Part shown: positions 20,100 through 29,516 of the stretch, in pieces
How positions within the stretch are numbered: position 1 is the first letter of the stretch
Layout of the letters: each line of letters opens with the position of its first letter
Assembly: GCA_019057385.1 (NCBI GenBank)
Contig: JAHQJS010000006.1
Coordinates: 224,001-288,000, forward strand
Length of the DNA: 64,000 nucleotides
Direction: 5' to 3'
From: Candidatus Borrarchaeum weybense
GTDB taxonomy: Archaea; Asgardarchaeota; Sifarchaeia; Borrarchaeales; Borrarchaeaceae
Made by a program: the position numbers and the translations under genes
The notes under the pieces: generated by a model
The model's input: the letters and a program-made list of their open reading frames with translations, nothing else
The model's database searches: none
What the model was told of the DNA's origin: nothing

Positions 20100-21293
20100 T
20101 TACACAATATTGAACGACTGTTCTAGATCTGAAATTATATCATTAGCATCTTCTATTCCCACAGCCAATCTTATCATGCCGTCAGTGATTCCAAGTTTCA
20201 ATCTTTCTTCTCTTTCAATGTAAAAGTGGCTAGATGTAGCGGGTTGTGTAACTAGACTTTCAACGCCTCCAAGACTAGGCGTTAACGCACAGAGTTTTAG
20301 GTTTTCCACAAACTTGATGGCTGTCTCTAAGTCGCCTTTAATTTCAAAAGTTACTACGGAACCAAAACCTCTCATCTGCTCTTTCGCCACGCTAAAATGC
20401 GGGTGACTAACAAGGCCTGGATAGTACACTTTCTCAACTTTTGGATGACTTTCAAGATATCTTGCAACTCTTGTCGCATTGTGATTGAGCCTTGCCATCC
20501 GTGGCACTAACGTTTTCATCCCTCGGATGAGCAACCATGCAGCATGAGGGTCCAAGACACCCCCAAGAAGTTTTCTAGTCGCTGTAAGGGAATTAATAAA
20601 TTCTTTTGATCCTGAGACTACACCCGCAATTATATCATTATGCCCTCCAAGATACTTTGTAGCACTATGAATAACTACGTCAATGCCCATTTTGTATGGT
20701 TGTTGATTGAATGGCGAAGCGAAGGTATTATCTACAATCGTAATTATACCCTTCTCCTTGCCGATCTCAGCGACCTTCTTTAAGTCTACAACCTTTACTG
20801 TGGGATTCGTAGGCGATTCGGTATAGATGGCTACCGTGTTCGACTTTATTGCTGACTCGATGCCTTCATAGTCAGTGGGGTCAACCATGCTTATCTCTAC
20901 GCCGAATTTTGTCAGGATATTGTTGAAGAACGAAAGAGATCCACCATAGAGTTCATTAGTAGAAACGATGTGGCTACCAGAAGAAGCAAGACTCAATATC
21001 ACGGTGGTTATGGCTGCCATACCTGAAGAGAAAACTGCAGCATCCTCAGCACCTTCAAGTTCAGCTACTTTCTTCTCTGCAACTCTCAAAGTAGGATTGC
21101 TAATTCTGCTGTAAATATGTCCTTCAATCTCTTTGCCGGACATCACAGCTATTAAATCTTGGGTACTGGAGAATGCAAATACACTTGTTTGATAAATTGG
21201 TGTAATTACAGATCCACTAGAAGGATCTCGTTTCTCACCTGCATGTACAGCTTTAGTAGACATGCCTTTTTCTTTTTCATTCATCTTTTTCAC
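20100..21293 (-). CDS. PLP-dependent trans-sulfuration enzyme (methionine gamma-lyase / cystathionine gamma-synthase family)
   Basis: PIYQTS, YSRISNPT, SSGMAA, DNTFASP, HSATKYLGGH (PLP Lys), SLGGVES and RLAVGIE. Confidence 0.92.
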   Translation of the reverse strand: MKKMNEKEKGMSTKAVHAGEKRDPSSGSVITPIYQTSVFAFSSTQDLIAVMSGKEIEGHIYSRISNPTLRVAEKKVAELEGAEDAAVFSSGMAAITTVILSLASSGSHIVSTNELYGGSLSFFNNILTKFGVEISMVDPTDYEGIESAIKSNTVAIYTESPTNPTVKVVDLKKVAEIGKEKGIITIVDNTFASPFNQQPYKMGIDVVIHSATKYLGGHNDIIAGVVSGSKEFINSLTATRKLLGGVLDPHAAWLLIRGMKTLVPRMARLNHNATRVARYLESHPKVEKVYYPGLVSHPHFSVAKEQMRGFGSVVTFEIKGDLETAIKFVENLKLCALTPSLGGVESLVTQPATSSHFYIEREERLKLGITDGMIRLAVGIEDANDIISDLEQSFNIV

Positions 21294-21318
21294 TTCTTTA
21301 GTTAACGAGTTTGTTCAG

Positions 21319-22239
21319 TTAAGAGGTATTTTTTGCGGACGTCCATTCGACGTGCGCCATTATATCATCCCATCGTTCGTCTATCAGTCTTTGATATTCA
21401 CCCATTTGCTCCTCTGTCATCTTAGCGAATCTTCTTTGTTCCTTTATGAATTCATTAACAGGACGCCTTCCCTTATCAAGGACCTTCTTTGAAGGGGTAC
21501 TAAGTTTGTAAACTCCGTCTTCTATTTCATAAAGAATATGGACGCCTGTTTCGACTGCTAGTCTTCCAATTTTGATCGTCTCGTTTGTTGGGAAGCCCCA
21601 ACCAGGAGGGCAAGGTGCGAAGATCTCAATATACCTAAATCCTTCCTTATCTTTGGATTTTGTGAATTTCTTGAAGAGATCATGTGGATAAGACGGTGAA
21701 CCTGTAGCTAAATATGGAATCTTGTGTGCCGCAACGATGGCTTGCATATCCTTTTCTGCGACAATTTTGCCTGTTTGAGTCGTTGTCGTATATGCACCAA
21801 AAGGAGTTGCACCACTTCGCTGGGTACCAGTATTCATATACGCTTGATTGTTGTAACAGACATAAATCATAGGATCTTTACGTTCTGCTGCACCTGAAAG
21901 TGTTTGCAGTCCAATATCAAAGGTTCCACCATCTCCTGCCCAACAAAGCACGTTAGTTTCCTTATCTCCTTTTATTTTCAATGCAGCAGCTATTCCTGTT
22001 GCTGTTGATGCAGTTGCAGTAAAGGCTACAAACATCATTGGGACTTTAACAGCAGTCTTTGGGTATAAACTGGTCATTGGTACGCTGCACGAAGCAGGCA
22101 TAATAATAATTACTTTGTTTCCTAATGCTTTCAGCGCAGTTCGTAAAGAAAGTGCGCTTGTGCAAGCTGGGCAACTTGCCAGTCCAGGGTATACGAGTTC
22201 GTTTTCTGAAAATATGGTTTGCTTTTCCATCTCAATCAC
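21319..22239 (-). CDS. porB: 2-oxoacid:ferredoxin oxidoreductase beta subunit (TPP-binding)
   Basis: SCPAC, GDGGTFDIG, NNQAYMNTG and PCPPGW. Confidence 0.9.
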   Translation of the reverse strand: MIEMEKQTIFSENELVYPGLASCPACTSALSLRTALKALGNKVIIIMPASCSVPMTSLYPKTAVKVPMMFVAFTATASTATGIAAALKIKGDKETNVLCWAGDGGTFDIGLQTLSGAAERKDPMIYVCYNNQAYMNTGTQRSGATPFGAYTTTTQTGKIVAEKDMQAIVAAHKIPYLATGSPSYPHDLFKKFTKSKDKEGFRYIEIFAPCPPGWGFPTNETIKIGRLAVETGVHILYEIEDGVYKLSTPSKKVLDKGRRPVNEFIKEQRRFAKMTEEQMGEYQRLIDERWDDIMAHVEWTSAKNTS

Positions 22240-23402
22240 CTATGAAGTCCGATCCACTTTTCGACAGTTTTTCCTTCAAGAAATCTGTCCATTGTCGTAT
22301 ATTGCTGTTCTATGCTTACATTGCGCCCACCGATCCCAGCTATCACTCCTTGAACACTTGGTCGTGAGCCACCATCGAAATTATATAGTGCAGCCTTCAA
22401 GTCAGTAAACATTGCACCGCCTTCCATCCCAAAGTTGATGTTCTTATCGAAAACTAAGAATTTATCAATTCCTGAATTTGCCAATTCTCTGAATTCTTCA
22501 GTTGGAAAAGGTCTATAAGCCCTAATTTTAACAGAACCGATATTTTTTCCATCCTCGCGCATTTTATCTACTGCTAATTCCGCTTGATCTGATAACATTC
22601 CAGCTGAAACAAAAACGGCTTCTGCATCTTCACATCGATAAGTATTGATAAGATCTCCATGAAACCTGCCAAAATGTTCTTTAAAACGTTTAGCCACTTT
22701 AGCAATTTTTGCTTTTGATCTTTGGACGGCTTCCGATACTTTGAATTTATACTCCATGAAACTTCGTTCTGGCAAAATTACGCTGTTGAATGTTGCTGGA
22801 TTATCTACGTCAAGATAAACATTAGGTCTATTAGTAAGAAATTCGTCAACTTTTGCTTGTTCTGGCACTTCGACTCGGGTGCTTTTATGACTCAAATTGA
22901 ATCCGTCTACACAAACCATGCATGGTATATGGATCGAACTATCCTCCGAGATCTCATACGCTTGAATCACGGTATCTAATACATCTTGTTGATTCGAGGC
23001 GAACATGATATTCCATCCAGTAAGTGCCATTGATACCGCATCTTGATGATCAGACCAAATTGACCAGGGCGGTCCAATCGCTCTGTTTACTAATACCATA
23101 ACAATTGGAACGCGCTGTCCGGCAGCCCAGTGTACCATTTCATCCATGTAAAGTAAGCCCTGACTGCTTGTAGCCGTAAAAGTTCTACTACCAGCCATAG
23201 CCGCCCCAATAAGTGCAGCAAGCGCTGTATGTTCTCCTTCTACTCTAATAAAATCTGCTTTGAGGCTACCATCCGCAATAAATCCAAAAATTGTCTCCAC
23301 AATCTCACTCTGTGGAGTTATTGGGTAAGCTGCTACAACTTCAACTTTAGAGAGCCTTACAGCTTCAGCAGCAGCCCTGTTCCCGCTAAGAATCTTTTTC
23401 AT
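22236..23402 (-). CDS. porA: 2-oxoacid:ferredoxin oxidoreductase alpha subunit
   Basis: SGNRAAA, AYPITPQS, TATSSQGL and DGFNLSH. Start at MKKILSGN (23402) overlaps the upstream stop (ATGA). Confidence 0.9.
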   Translation of the reverse strand: MKKILSGNRAAAEAVRLSKVEVVAAYPITPQSEIVETIFGFIADGSLKADFIRVEGEHTALAALIGAAMAGSRTFTATSSQGLLYMDEMVHWAAGQRVPIVMVLVNRAIGPPWSIWSDHQDAVSMALTGWNIMFASNQQDVLDTVIQAYEISEDSSIHIPCMVCVDGFNLSHKSTRVEVPEQAKVDEFLTNRPNVYLDVDNPATFNSVILPERSFMEYKFKVSEAVQRSKAKIAKVAKRFKEHFGRFHGDLINTYRCEDAEAVFVSAGMLSDQAELAVDKMREDGKNIGSVKIRAYRPFPTEEFRELANSGIDKFLVFDKNINFGMEGGAMFTDLKAALYNFDGGSRPSVQGVIAGIGGRNVSIEQQYTTMDRFLEGKTVEKWIGLHR

Positions 23403-24352
23403 CGTTTTACCTCCACCATCTCTATGGCATCTTGTTTGCATTCTTCCGCGCAGATACCACAGCCTTTGCAGTAACGTAGATCGATTTTAGGAACGCCTTC
23501 TTTTCCTTTTGTCCAAATAATACAGTTATCAGGACAGTAAATAAAACAGGTTCCACAATTATTACACAATTCTTCTTTAATTTTAGGCTGAATAAGGGCC
23601 CATAAGCCGGTAGGTCCACCTACACCCTCTGTTGGGAAACATAAGGCTATTTCGTTCAGTTCATCGACAGGAGTGCGTTCCATTTCTATAATCGTTGTAT
23701 CCATCCCTTTCTTAGAGGACTCTATTACCAGAGCCTTATTATAAGCGAAAATTGCCGCTTGTTTATTAATGTCACCTATTCTTCCTCCCCATTTACTTTC
23801 AATAATTTTTAAAAAAGTTTCAAGTGAAGCAAGACCGGTGATGTTAAACAAGGCTGCAATTGTTGGCACATTTGGACGTATTTCTTCAAAAGTCGTCGCC
23901 CTACCAAATGCTTCGTTAAAAACTTCACTAAAAATCCCTGAGGCATCAACTGTGGCGACGTTAAAATATCCTAGTTTCCCATTTTCTTTTACTAATTCCT
24001 CTGGGCTTTTCGGTGTATTAAACAGAACAATTCCATCTTCTCTTAATCCATTCAAAAGTTGCTCCTTTCCAACTGAAGCTGGATCGAAGACAACGAGTAC
24101 GTCCTTCTCCACTAACATTTCATAACTTTTAGTCTTTTTTGGGTCATTGTACAGCCCTACAAAACAAGAAATTGGTTTGCCACGACGTTCGGCACCAGGC
24201 GAGTATACTCCAGTAAGGTGCCAATTTGAATCAGACAATCCTTCTAAGAAAAGGGTTGAACCAGTCACTACTCCTTGTCCCCCGATTCCGTAGAAGTAAA
24301 ATTCATTATTTTCTTTTAATTTCTCTTTGAATGATTCAAACGTGCCTTCCAT
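23399..24352 (-). CDS. 2-oxoacid:ferredoxin oxidoreductase gamma-delta fusion
   Basis: YGIGGQGVVTG and GAERRG (gamma); CNNCGTCFIYCP and CKGCGICAEEC (2x[4Fe-4S], delta). Confidence 0.9.
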   Translation of the reverse strand: MEGTFESFKEKLKENNEFYFYGIGGQGVVTGSTLFLEGLSDSNWHLTGVYSPGAERRGKPISCFVGLYNDPKKTKSYEMLVEKDVLVVFDPASVGKEQLLNGLREDGIVLFNTPKSPEELVKENGKLGYFNVATVDASGIFSEVFNEAFGRATTFEEIRPNVPTIAALFNITGLASLETFLKIIESKWGGRIGDINKQAAIFAYNKALVIESSKKGMDTTIIEMERTPVDELNEIALCFPTEGVGGPTGLWALIQPKIKEELCNNCGTCFIYCPDNCIIWTKGKEGVPKIDLRYCKGCGICAEECKQDAIEMVEVKR

Positions 24353-24667
24353 TTTTTCATCACCGGTAACTGCGGTTTTCTAGTGTGCATATTTTATGTG
24401 ATCTTGGATTTTAGAACGGTAATACATTTTGAAAATATAAGTGTTAAGTACCTTATGAGCAAAAAAAGTTGATCATACTAATGCGATATTCGCGAATGAG
24501 TTTTAGGCAATGAGTTTCTTCTCATTCTATGCAATGAGTTTCTTCTTGCCTCAGATGAAATTCAAATAAAGAGTAAGAACAAATATACCAAAAACAAGCT
24601 TGGATTAAAGAAACATTCATTAACAGATAATCTAAGGGTATATTGCTGGATTTGAATGGTGCGGTAA

Positions 24668-26578
24668 ATGACACGGAGTTTAGCGAAACTCAGTACTTCA
24701 GAAACAAAAACTGTTGCTGAGCAAGCATTTAAAAATGTGGTGGGACGAAAAAAAGAGATACTATTGATATTAAGCTCATTATTAGCTGGAAAACCCATAC
24801 TCCTCGAAGGTCCTCCAGGAGTTAGTAAAACTACAATTTTACGAACTCTAAGTGATATCTTAGATGTACCATTTTACTTTGTTGAAGGTAATGAAGATCT
24901 TACAGCCTCAAAATTAATTGGCTATTTTGATCCTGCTATGGTATTGCAAACTGGGTATATTCCAGAAAATTTCAGAAAAGGTGCTCTTGCTCAAGCTATG
25001 AGAAATGGAGGGATACTTTACATAGAAGAATTAAATCGTGCCCCTCCTGATGCTCTTAATAGTCTAGTCGTAGCCCTTTCAGAAAGACAAATTCATGTCC
25101 CCCGATATGGCAGAATTAGCGCAGAAGAAGATTTTCGCATTGTAGCAGCTATGAATCCTTATGATGACATTGGGGTTCAAAGAATTAGCCGTGCAATTCT
25201 CGATCGTTTTACTAAGCTTCGTTTGGATTATCAGTCAAAGGATGAAGAATTAGAAATTGTGCGAGTAAATACAGGCAGTGATAATGAGTTATTAATTGAA
25301 CTAGGAGTAGAAATCGGTATACAGACCCGAATACATCCTGATCTACGTTTAGGAGCAAGTGTGAGGGGAGCAATAGATTTCGTTTTATTGTGTACAGAAA
25401 AACTGACACTAAAGGATCATCATCTCACTACCGAAGACATTATTGATTGTGCATGTCTGACATTTTCGTCCAAAATATGGCTTTCGGCGACTTCGGAAAA
25501 AACTGAGGAAGAAATCATTCGCGAAATTGTTCAAGGGATTTTAAAGAATAAAGAAGATGAATTAAAGGAAGAATTTGAAAAAGAAGAAAAAAAGGAATCA
25601 CCATCTGAGCCTTCTTCTTCCACATCAGAAACTGATACATGGATTCCAGAAGGAGACGCGATTCAACAAGAGATTGAAGCAGCTATCCAAAATGCAGATA
25701 CAAAAGCATTACTGCAATTCCTTCTTTCAAAGAGATCCTTAAAACGAAAGGTAGGCGATGATCTTTCTGAGATAACAAACCAGTCGTTTAATGAAATCTT
25801 CAACAGACCAGAGGCTCCAGAACTTTATAGTCTGTTAAGAAAAACTCTTAATCGGGAACGTGAGTTGCTAGCGCGAAAATTATCAACACGTATAATCCTT
25901 TCACGTGCACAAATGGTTGCTCCGTATGGACAGAGAAATGGTAAATTTCATCCATCAAGGTTTGACGGGGAATGCCAAATTGATTTACATCGTACAATTG
26001 AAAAATTTGTAGAGAATCGCCCGTCTTTCACGCAGGATGAAATTCTTGTCCGTAAAAGAAAACGAGTCAAACGCACTTACGTCCTCCTCCTTGACGCGTC
26101 AGAATCAATGTACGAACGAAAAATAGGTTTAGCTGCATTGGCAGCCTCAGTTCTGGCCTATAGTCTATTCCGTAAGGACGATTATTACTCAATCATTGCG
26201 TTTCATTCGAAACCGTTTTTAGTTAAGCCTATAAACCAAAATCTGGCCGTGGAACAAGTTGTTAACGATGTGCTGACTATTGAAGCAGGTTATCTAACGA
26301 ATATAGCTTCAGCATTGCAAATGGGCATAGATGAGACAGCTAAAGTAAAATACACGCAGCGTGAAGCATTTCTATTGACAGATGCTGTTTGGACTGAGGG
26401 GAGGGATCCCCGTCCGATTGCTCATGCTGGACTATTTGATAGGATCAATGTTCTTCTCGCAACGGATGGAGACCCTGAATTCGCTGACGAGTTAGCTTAT
26501 AACGGAAATGTTTATCCCATCGAAACTTGGAAGGACATTGTTAAAGCAATAAATAAAGCTCTAACGCCCAACTGTTAA
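24668..26578 (+). CDS. MoxR/CoxD-type AAA+ ATPase fused to a VWA (CoxE-like) domain
   Basis: LLEGPPGVSKT, YIEELNR, AMNP and LDRF; MIDAS motif DASESM, LTNIASAL and LLTD. Confidence 0.85.
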   Translation: MTRSLAKLSTSETKTVAEQAFKNVVGRKKEILLILSSLLAGKPILLEGPPGVSKTTILRTLSDILDVPFYFVEGNEDLTASKLIGYFDPAMVLQTGYIPENFRKGALAQAMRNGGILYIEELNRAPPDALNSLVVALSERQIHVPRYGRISAEEDFRIVAAMNPYDDIGVQRISRAILDRFTKLRLDYQSKDEELEIVRVNTGSDNELLIELGVEIGIQTRIHPDLRLGASVRGAIDFVLLCTEKLTLKDHHLTTEDIIDCACLTFSSKIWLSATSEKTEEEIIREIVQGILKNKEDELKEEFEKEEKKESPSEPSSSTSETDTWIPEGDAIQQEIEAAIQNADTKALLQFLLSKRSLKRKVGDDLSEITNQSFNEIFNRPEAPELYSLLRKTLNRERELLARKLSTRIILSRAQMVAPYGQRNGKFHPSRFDGECQIDLHRTIEKFVENRPSFTQDEILVRKRKRVKRTYVLLLDASESMYERKIGLAALAASVLAYSLFRKDDYYSIIAFHSKPFLVKPINQNLAVEQVVNDVLTIEAGYLTNIASALQMGIDETAKVKYTQREAFLLTDAVWTEGRDPRPIAHAGLFDRINVLLATDGDPEFADELAYNGNVYPIETWKDIVKAINKALTPNC

Positions 26579-26654
26579 GAAACTCAACTTAATCTTTTGC
26601 TGATTGATTTTTAAGTTTAAAAAGAGCGCTAGAAAAAAAATGGTTAATTTAGAT

Positions 26655-27998
26655 CTATTTTTTCAAACCGATTCTTCTGTAGGTCACTCCTGCATTGAGA
26701 AATGTTTCAGCATCTACAGTTTTTCGTCCATCAATGACAATCGGTGTCTTCATAAGGGTCTTGACGTCATTTGGTTGTAATTCCGTAAATTCCTTCCAGT
26801 TTGTGACAATGATACATACATCAGTATCTCTCAAGGCTGCTTCTTTGCTCTCAGTGAATTGAACTTTTTCACCAAAAAGTTGTTTCATATTGTCCATTGC
26901 CTCTGGATCGTACGCCTTTATTGTTGCGTTATTCTTCAGAAGTTCATCGATTACAATAATAGAGGGTGCTTCACGGATATCATCAGTATCTGGTTTAAAG
27001 GCAAGACCAAGAATAGCAAATTGCTTTCCAGAGAGATCGTTACCGATTACGTCTTTACACATGGATATTAGGCGCAAAGGTTGTCTCTTATTTACTTCAA
27101 TCACAGAATTGAGTAATAAGGGATCATAATTTGCCTTTTTTGCTGCTGCAATGATAGCTTTGACATCTTTTGGAAAACAGCTGCCACCAAACCCAGCACC
27201 TGCTCTGAGAAAATAAGGGCTAATTCTGAAATCAAGTCCAATACCTTCTGCTACATCGTAGACGTCTTTGACACCAAGTGCCTCGCACATATTTGAAATA
27301 GTATTGATAAACGAGATTTTTGTAGCTAAAAAGGAATTCGCGCCATATTTAATCATTTCTGCGGTTCTAAGGTCAGTCTTAAGAATGGGGGTCTCTTTGG
27401 GAACCCAATCAAATAACTCACGAACTGTCTCATACGAGCGTTCATCAATTGCGCCAATAACTACTCGATCTGGTTTTAAGAAATCTTCAATAGCATTTCC
27501 CTCACGAAGAAATTCAGGACAAAAAGCAATACCAAAATCTTTTCCTGCCTCTTTTCCTGATTCAGCTTCCAGGATAGGCGTAATTACAGAATCTGTTGTA
27601 CCCGGCACAATTGTAGACTTTGCTGTGACAACAAAATATTCATCTTTTTTCTTTAGAGCCTTGCCAATATCTCGTGCGGCTGACTCAATCCACACAGTGT
27701 CCATTTCTCCGCTCTCTTTAGATGGTGTACCAACGCATATAAATGCTACATCTGAGTTTAATATAGCTTCTTCGGTGTTAATAGTTCCTTTAAGCATTTC
27801 AGTGCTTACCATTTCTTTTAAAAGTTCGTCTAGACCCTTTTCATAAATAGGTGGTTGAGCTGAATTGATCGCCTCAATTTTCTCAGGTATTATATCCACA
27901 CATTTAACAGAAAAGCCTTGTTTGGCGAAACAAACGCCACTTACCAAGCCTACGTATCCTGTACCGATCATTGTAATTTGTTTAGATCTATTTTTCAT
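26655..27998 (-). CDS. ugd: UDP-glucose/GDP-mannose dehydrogenase family protein
   Basis: GTGYVG, ICVGTP, PEFLREG, GFGGSCFPKD and GLAFKPDTDDIRE. Start chosen at MKNRSK; the ORF track starts at 28043. Confidence 0.93.
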   Translation of the reverse strand: MKNRSKQITMIGTGYVGLVSGVCFAKQGFSVKCVDIIPEKIEAINSAQPPIYEKGLDELLKEMVSTEMLKGTINTEEAILNSDVAFICVGTPSKESGEMDTVWIESAARDIGKALKKKDEYFVVTAKSTIVPGTTDSVITPILEAESGKEAGKDFGIAFCPEFLREGNAIEDFLKPDRVVIGAIDERSYETVRELFDWVPKETPILKTDLRTAEMIKYGANSFLATKISFINTISNMCEALGVKDVYDVAEGIGLDFRISPYFLRAGAGFGGSCFPKDVKAIIAAAKKANYDPLLLNSVIEVNKRQPLRLISMCKDVIGNDLSGKQFAILGLAFKPDTDDIREAPSIIVIDELLKNNATIKAYDPEAMDNMKQLFGEKVQFTESKEAALRDTDVCIIVTNWKEFTELQPNDVKTLMKTPIVIDGRKTVDAETFLNAGVTYRRIGLKK

Positions 27999-28099
27999 AG
28001 AATCCCCTAAATGCATGCTAATTGATAGATAAAAAGTTAACAACTTGAGTAGAGATTCACATTATCACTGAATTTTTCAATATTTCGCTTATTAAGTGA

Positions 28100-28972
28100 T
28101 TAATTCTCATTAAGTTTGTTCGAAACTAATTTTTCTAGAGCCTCGAAAATCTTCAAGAGTTCGTCCTCAAAAGTAGTTAGAAAACTGTCAAGTAATGTAA
28201 TACGAATTTGATTTTCTGTTTCATCCAAGGAATTTGTGCAGCGATTAAAGTAAAAGCCTTCTAATGTAGCCCTAGTTTTATTGAATAAACTTAGATTTTT
28301 TTCCGAAATACTGTCTGAAAGTTTCTCTAGTAGAGCAAAAAATGAATTATCATTGGACTCAAAATAATCAGATACGAAAAGATCTTCTAACTTTTTGAGT
28401 CTATTTAGATACTCAGTAATCCTTTCAGTATCATTATCCAATATGGAGCTAAAAAAAGAGAAGACAGATGAACTAAAGCCAAATGTTAGCAGTTCTGATT
28501 GAAGAGGTGTTATACCCACAATATCTTTAATTTGAGGATCAATTAAATTAGAGAAATAATCTTTATGATCTTTTAATATTGAATTTGCCATGTTTAGTGG
28601 CTTATGGCTCTCGATGAAGAATATTTTTGCTAAAGAGGGCTTCTGAAGTAAGATATGGATGAGACCTAAATTAAGAAGACAGGCATTCTTTGCAAGAAGT
28701 AATTTATACAGGTTTGAGATTTCTCCACTATCTAACATCTCATTGTCTGATGTTTCTTGCTCAATTATCCGCAAAGCTGATGTATAGTATTTTGCAGCGT
28801 TTTGTAAATCCTGCAAATCCTCCTGATAAGCTGCTGCAGCCCGAATATAGTTATCGACTGCTCCAGTCGGGTCATCGTTCTTGAGACAAAACTCTGCGGA
28901 ATTTAAAAAATGGGTGGGTTGATTAAACCCTTTTTCGCTCATAAGCACCACCGTTGTTATGTAGCAACGCAT
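28100..28972 (-). CDS. Alpha-helical TPR-like protein resembling alpha-SNAP/Sec17
   Basis: About 290 aa, with helical-repeat segments that align by eye to alpha-SNAP (see findings). Confidence 0.5.
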   Translation of the reverse strand: MRCYITTVVLMSEKGFNQPTHFLNSAEFCLKNDDPTGAVDNYIRAAAAYQEDLQDLQNAAKYYTSALRIIEQETSDNEMLDSGEISNLYKLLLAKNACLLNLGLIHILLQKPSLAKIFFIESHKPLNMANSILKDHKDYFSNLIDPQIKDIVGITPLQSELLTFGFSSSVFSFFSSILDNDTERITEYLNRLKKLEDLFVSDYFESNDNSFFALLEKLSDSISEKNLSLFNKTRATLEGFYFNRCTNSLDETENQIRITLLDSFLTTFEDELLKIFEALEKLVSNKLNEN

Positions 28973-28988
28973 AATGTTTTAGTGTAAC

Positions 28989-29516
28989 TTAGATAGGCAT
29001 AGAAGGCAAAAACTGATGCGCCAGTAATATAGTAAGTACAAAGAAAATTGCAACAATAATCCCTGATACCTTTAACCAATTTCTCTCATATTTTTCTGGT
29101 ATACCTCGAAGATCTCCAGGAGCTCCTCCTTTCAATCGTTGTTCAAACCATTTTGAAACGCGAGATCCAAAGGCTGATCCTGTAGGTGGAATTAAATCGA
29201 GGAAAAGATGCGAGCTATAACCGATGAAGAAAGCGGCTAAAAGAAACAAAACCCCGAACTCAAAACTCGTCAAAAAATAAAATACGAATAATACAGCAGG
29301 GATTAGAGGCGAATGAGTGATGGGAGATCGATGATACTTTATGCCAAAATCGAGATCCACATCGGGAGCATGAGAAGCCGCGATAACTACCAGATATCCA
29401 AGAACAGATCCGTTTATAGCTGCCAGTCGAATAACTCCACTACCAAAAAAGAAATATGCAAGAAAAAATACGGTAAACGCTATGCATGCCCAAAATTTGT
29501 GTTCAAATCTATTCAT
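28989..29516 (-). CDS. Membrane-bound metal-dependent hydrolase (YdjM/DUF457-like)
   Basis: PDVD, HRSPITHS and SHLFLD motifs; TM helices. Confidence 0.75.
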   Translation of the reverse strand: MNRFEHKFWACIAFTVFFLAYFFFGSGVIRLAAINGSVLGYLVVIAASHAPDVDLDFGIKYHRSPITHSPLIPAVLFVFYFLTSFEFGVLFLLAAFFIGYSSHLFLDLIPPTGSAFGSRVSKWFEQRLKGGAPGDLRGIPEKYERNWLKVSGIIVAIFFVLTILLAHQFLPSMPI

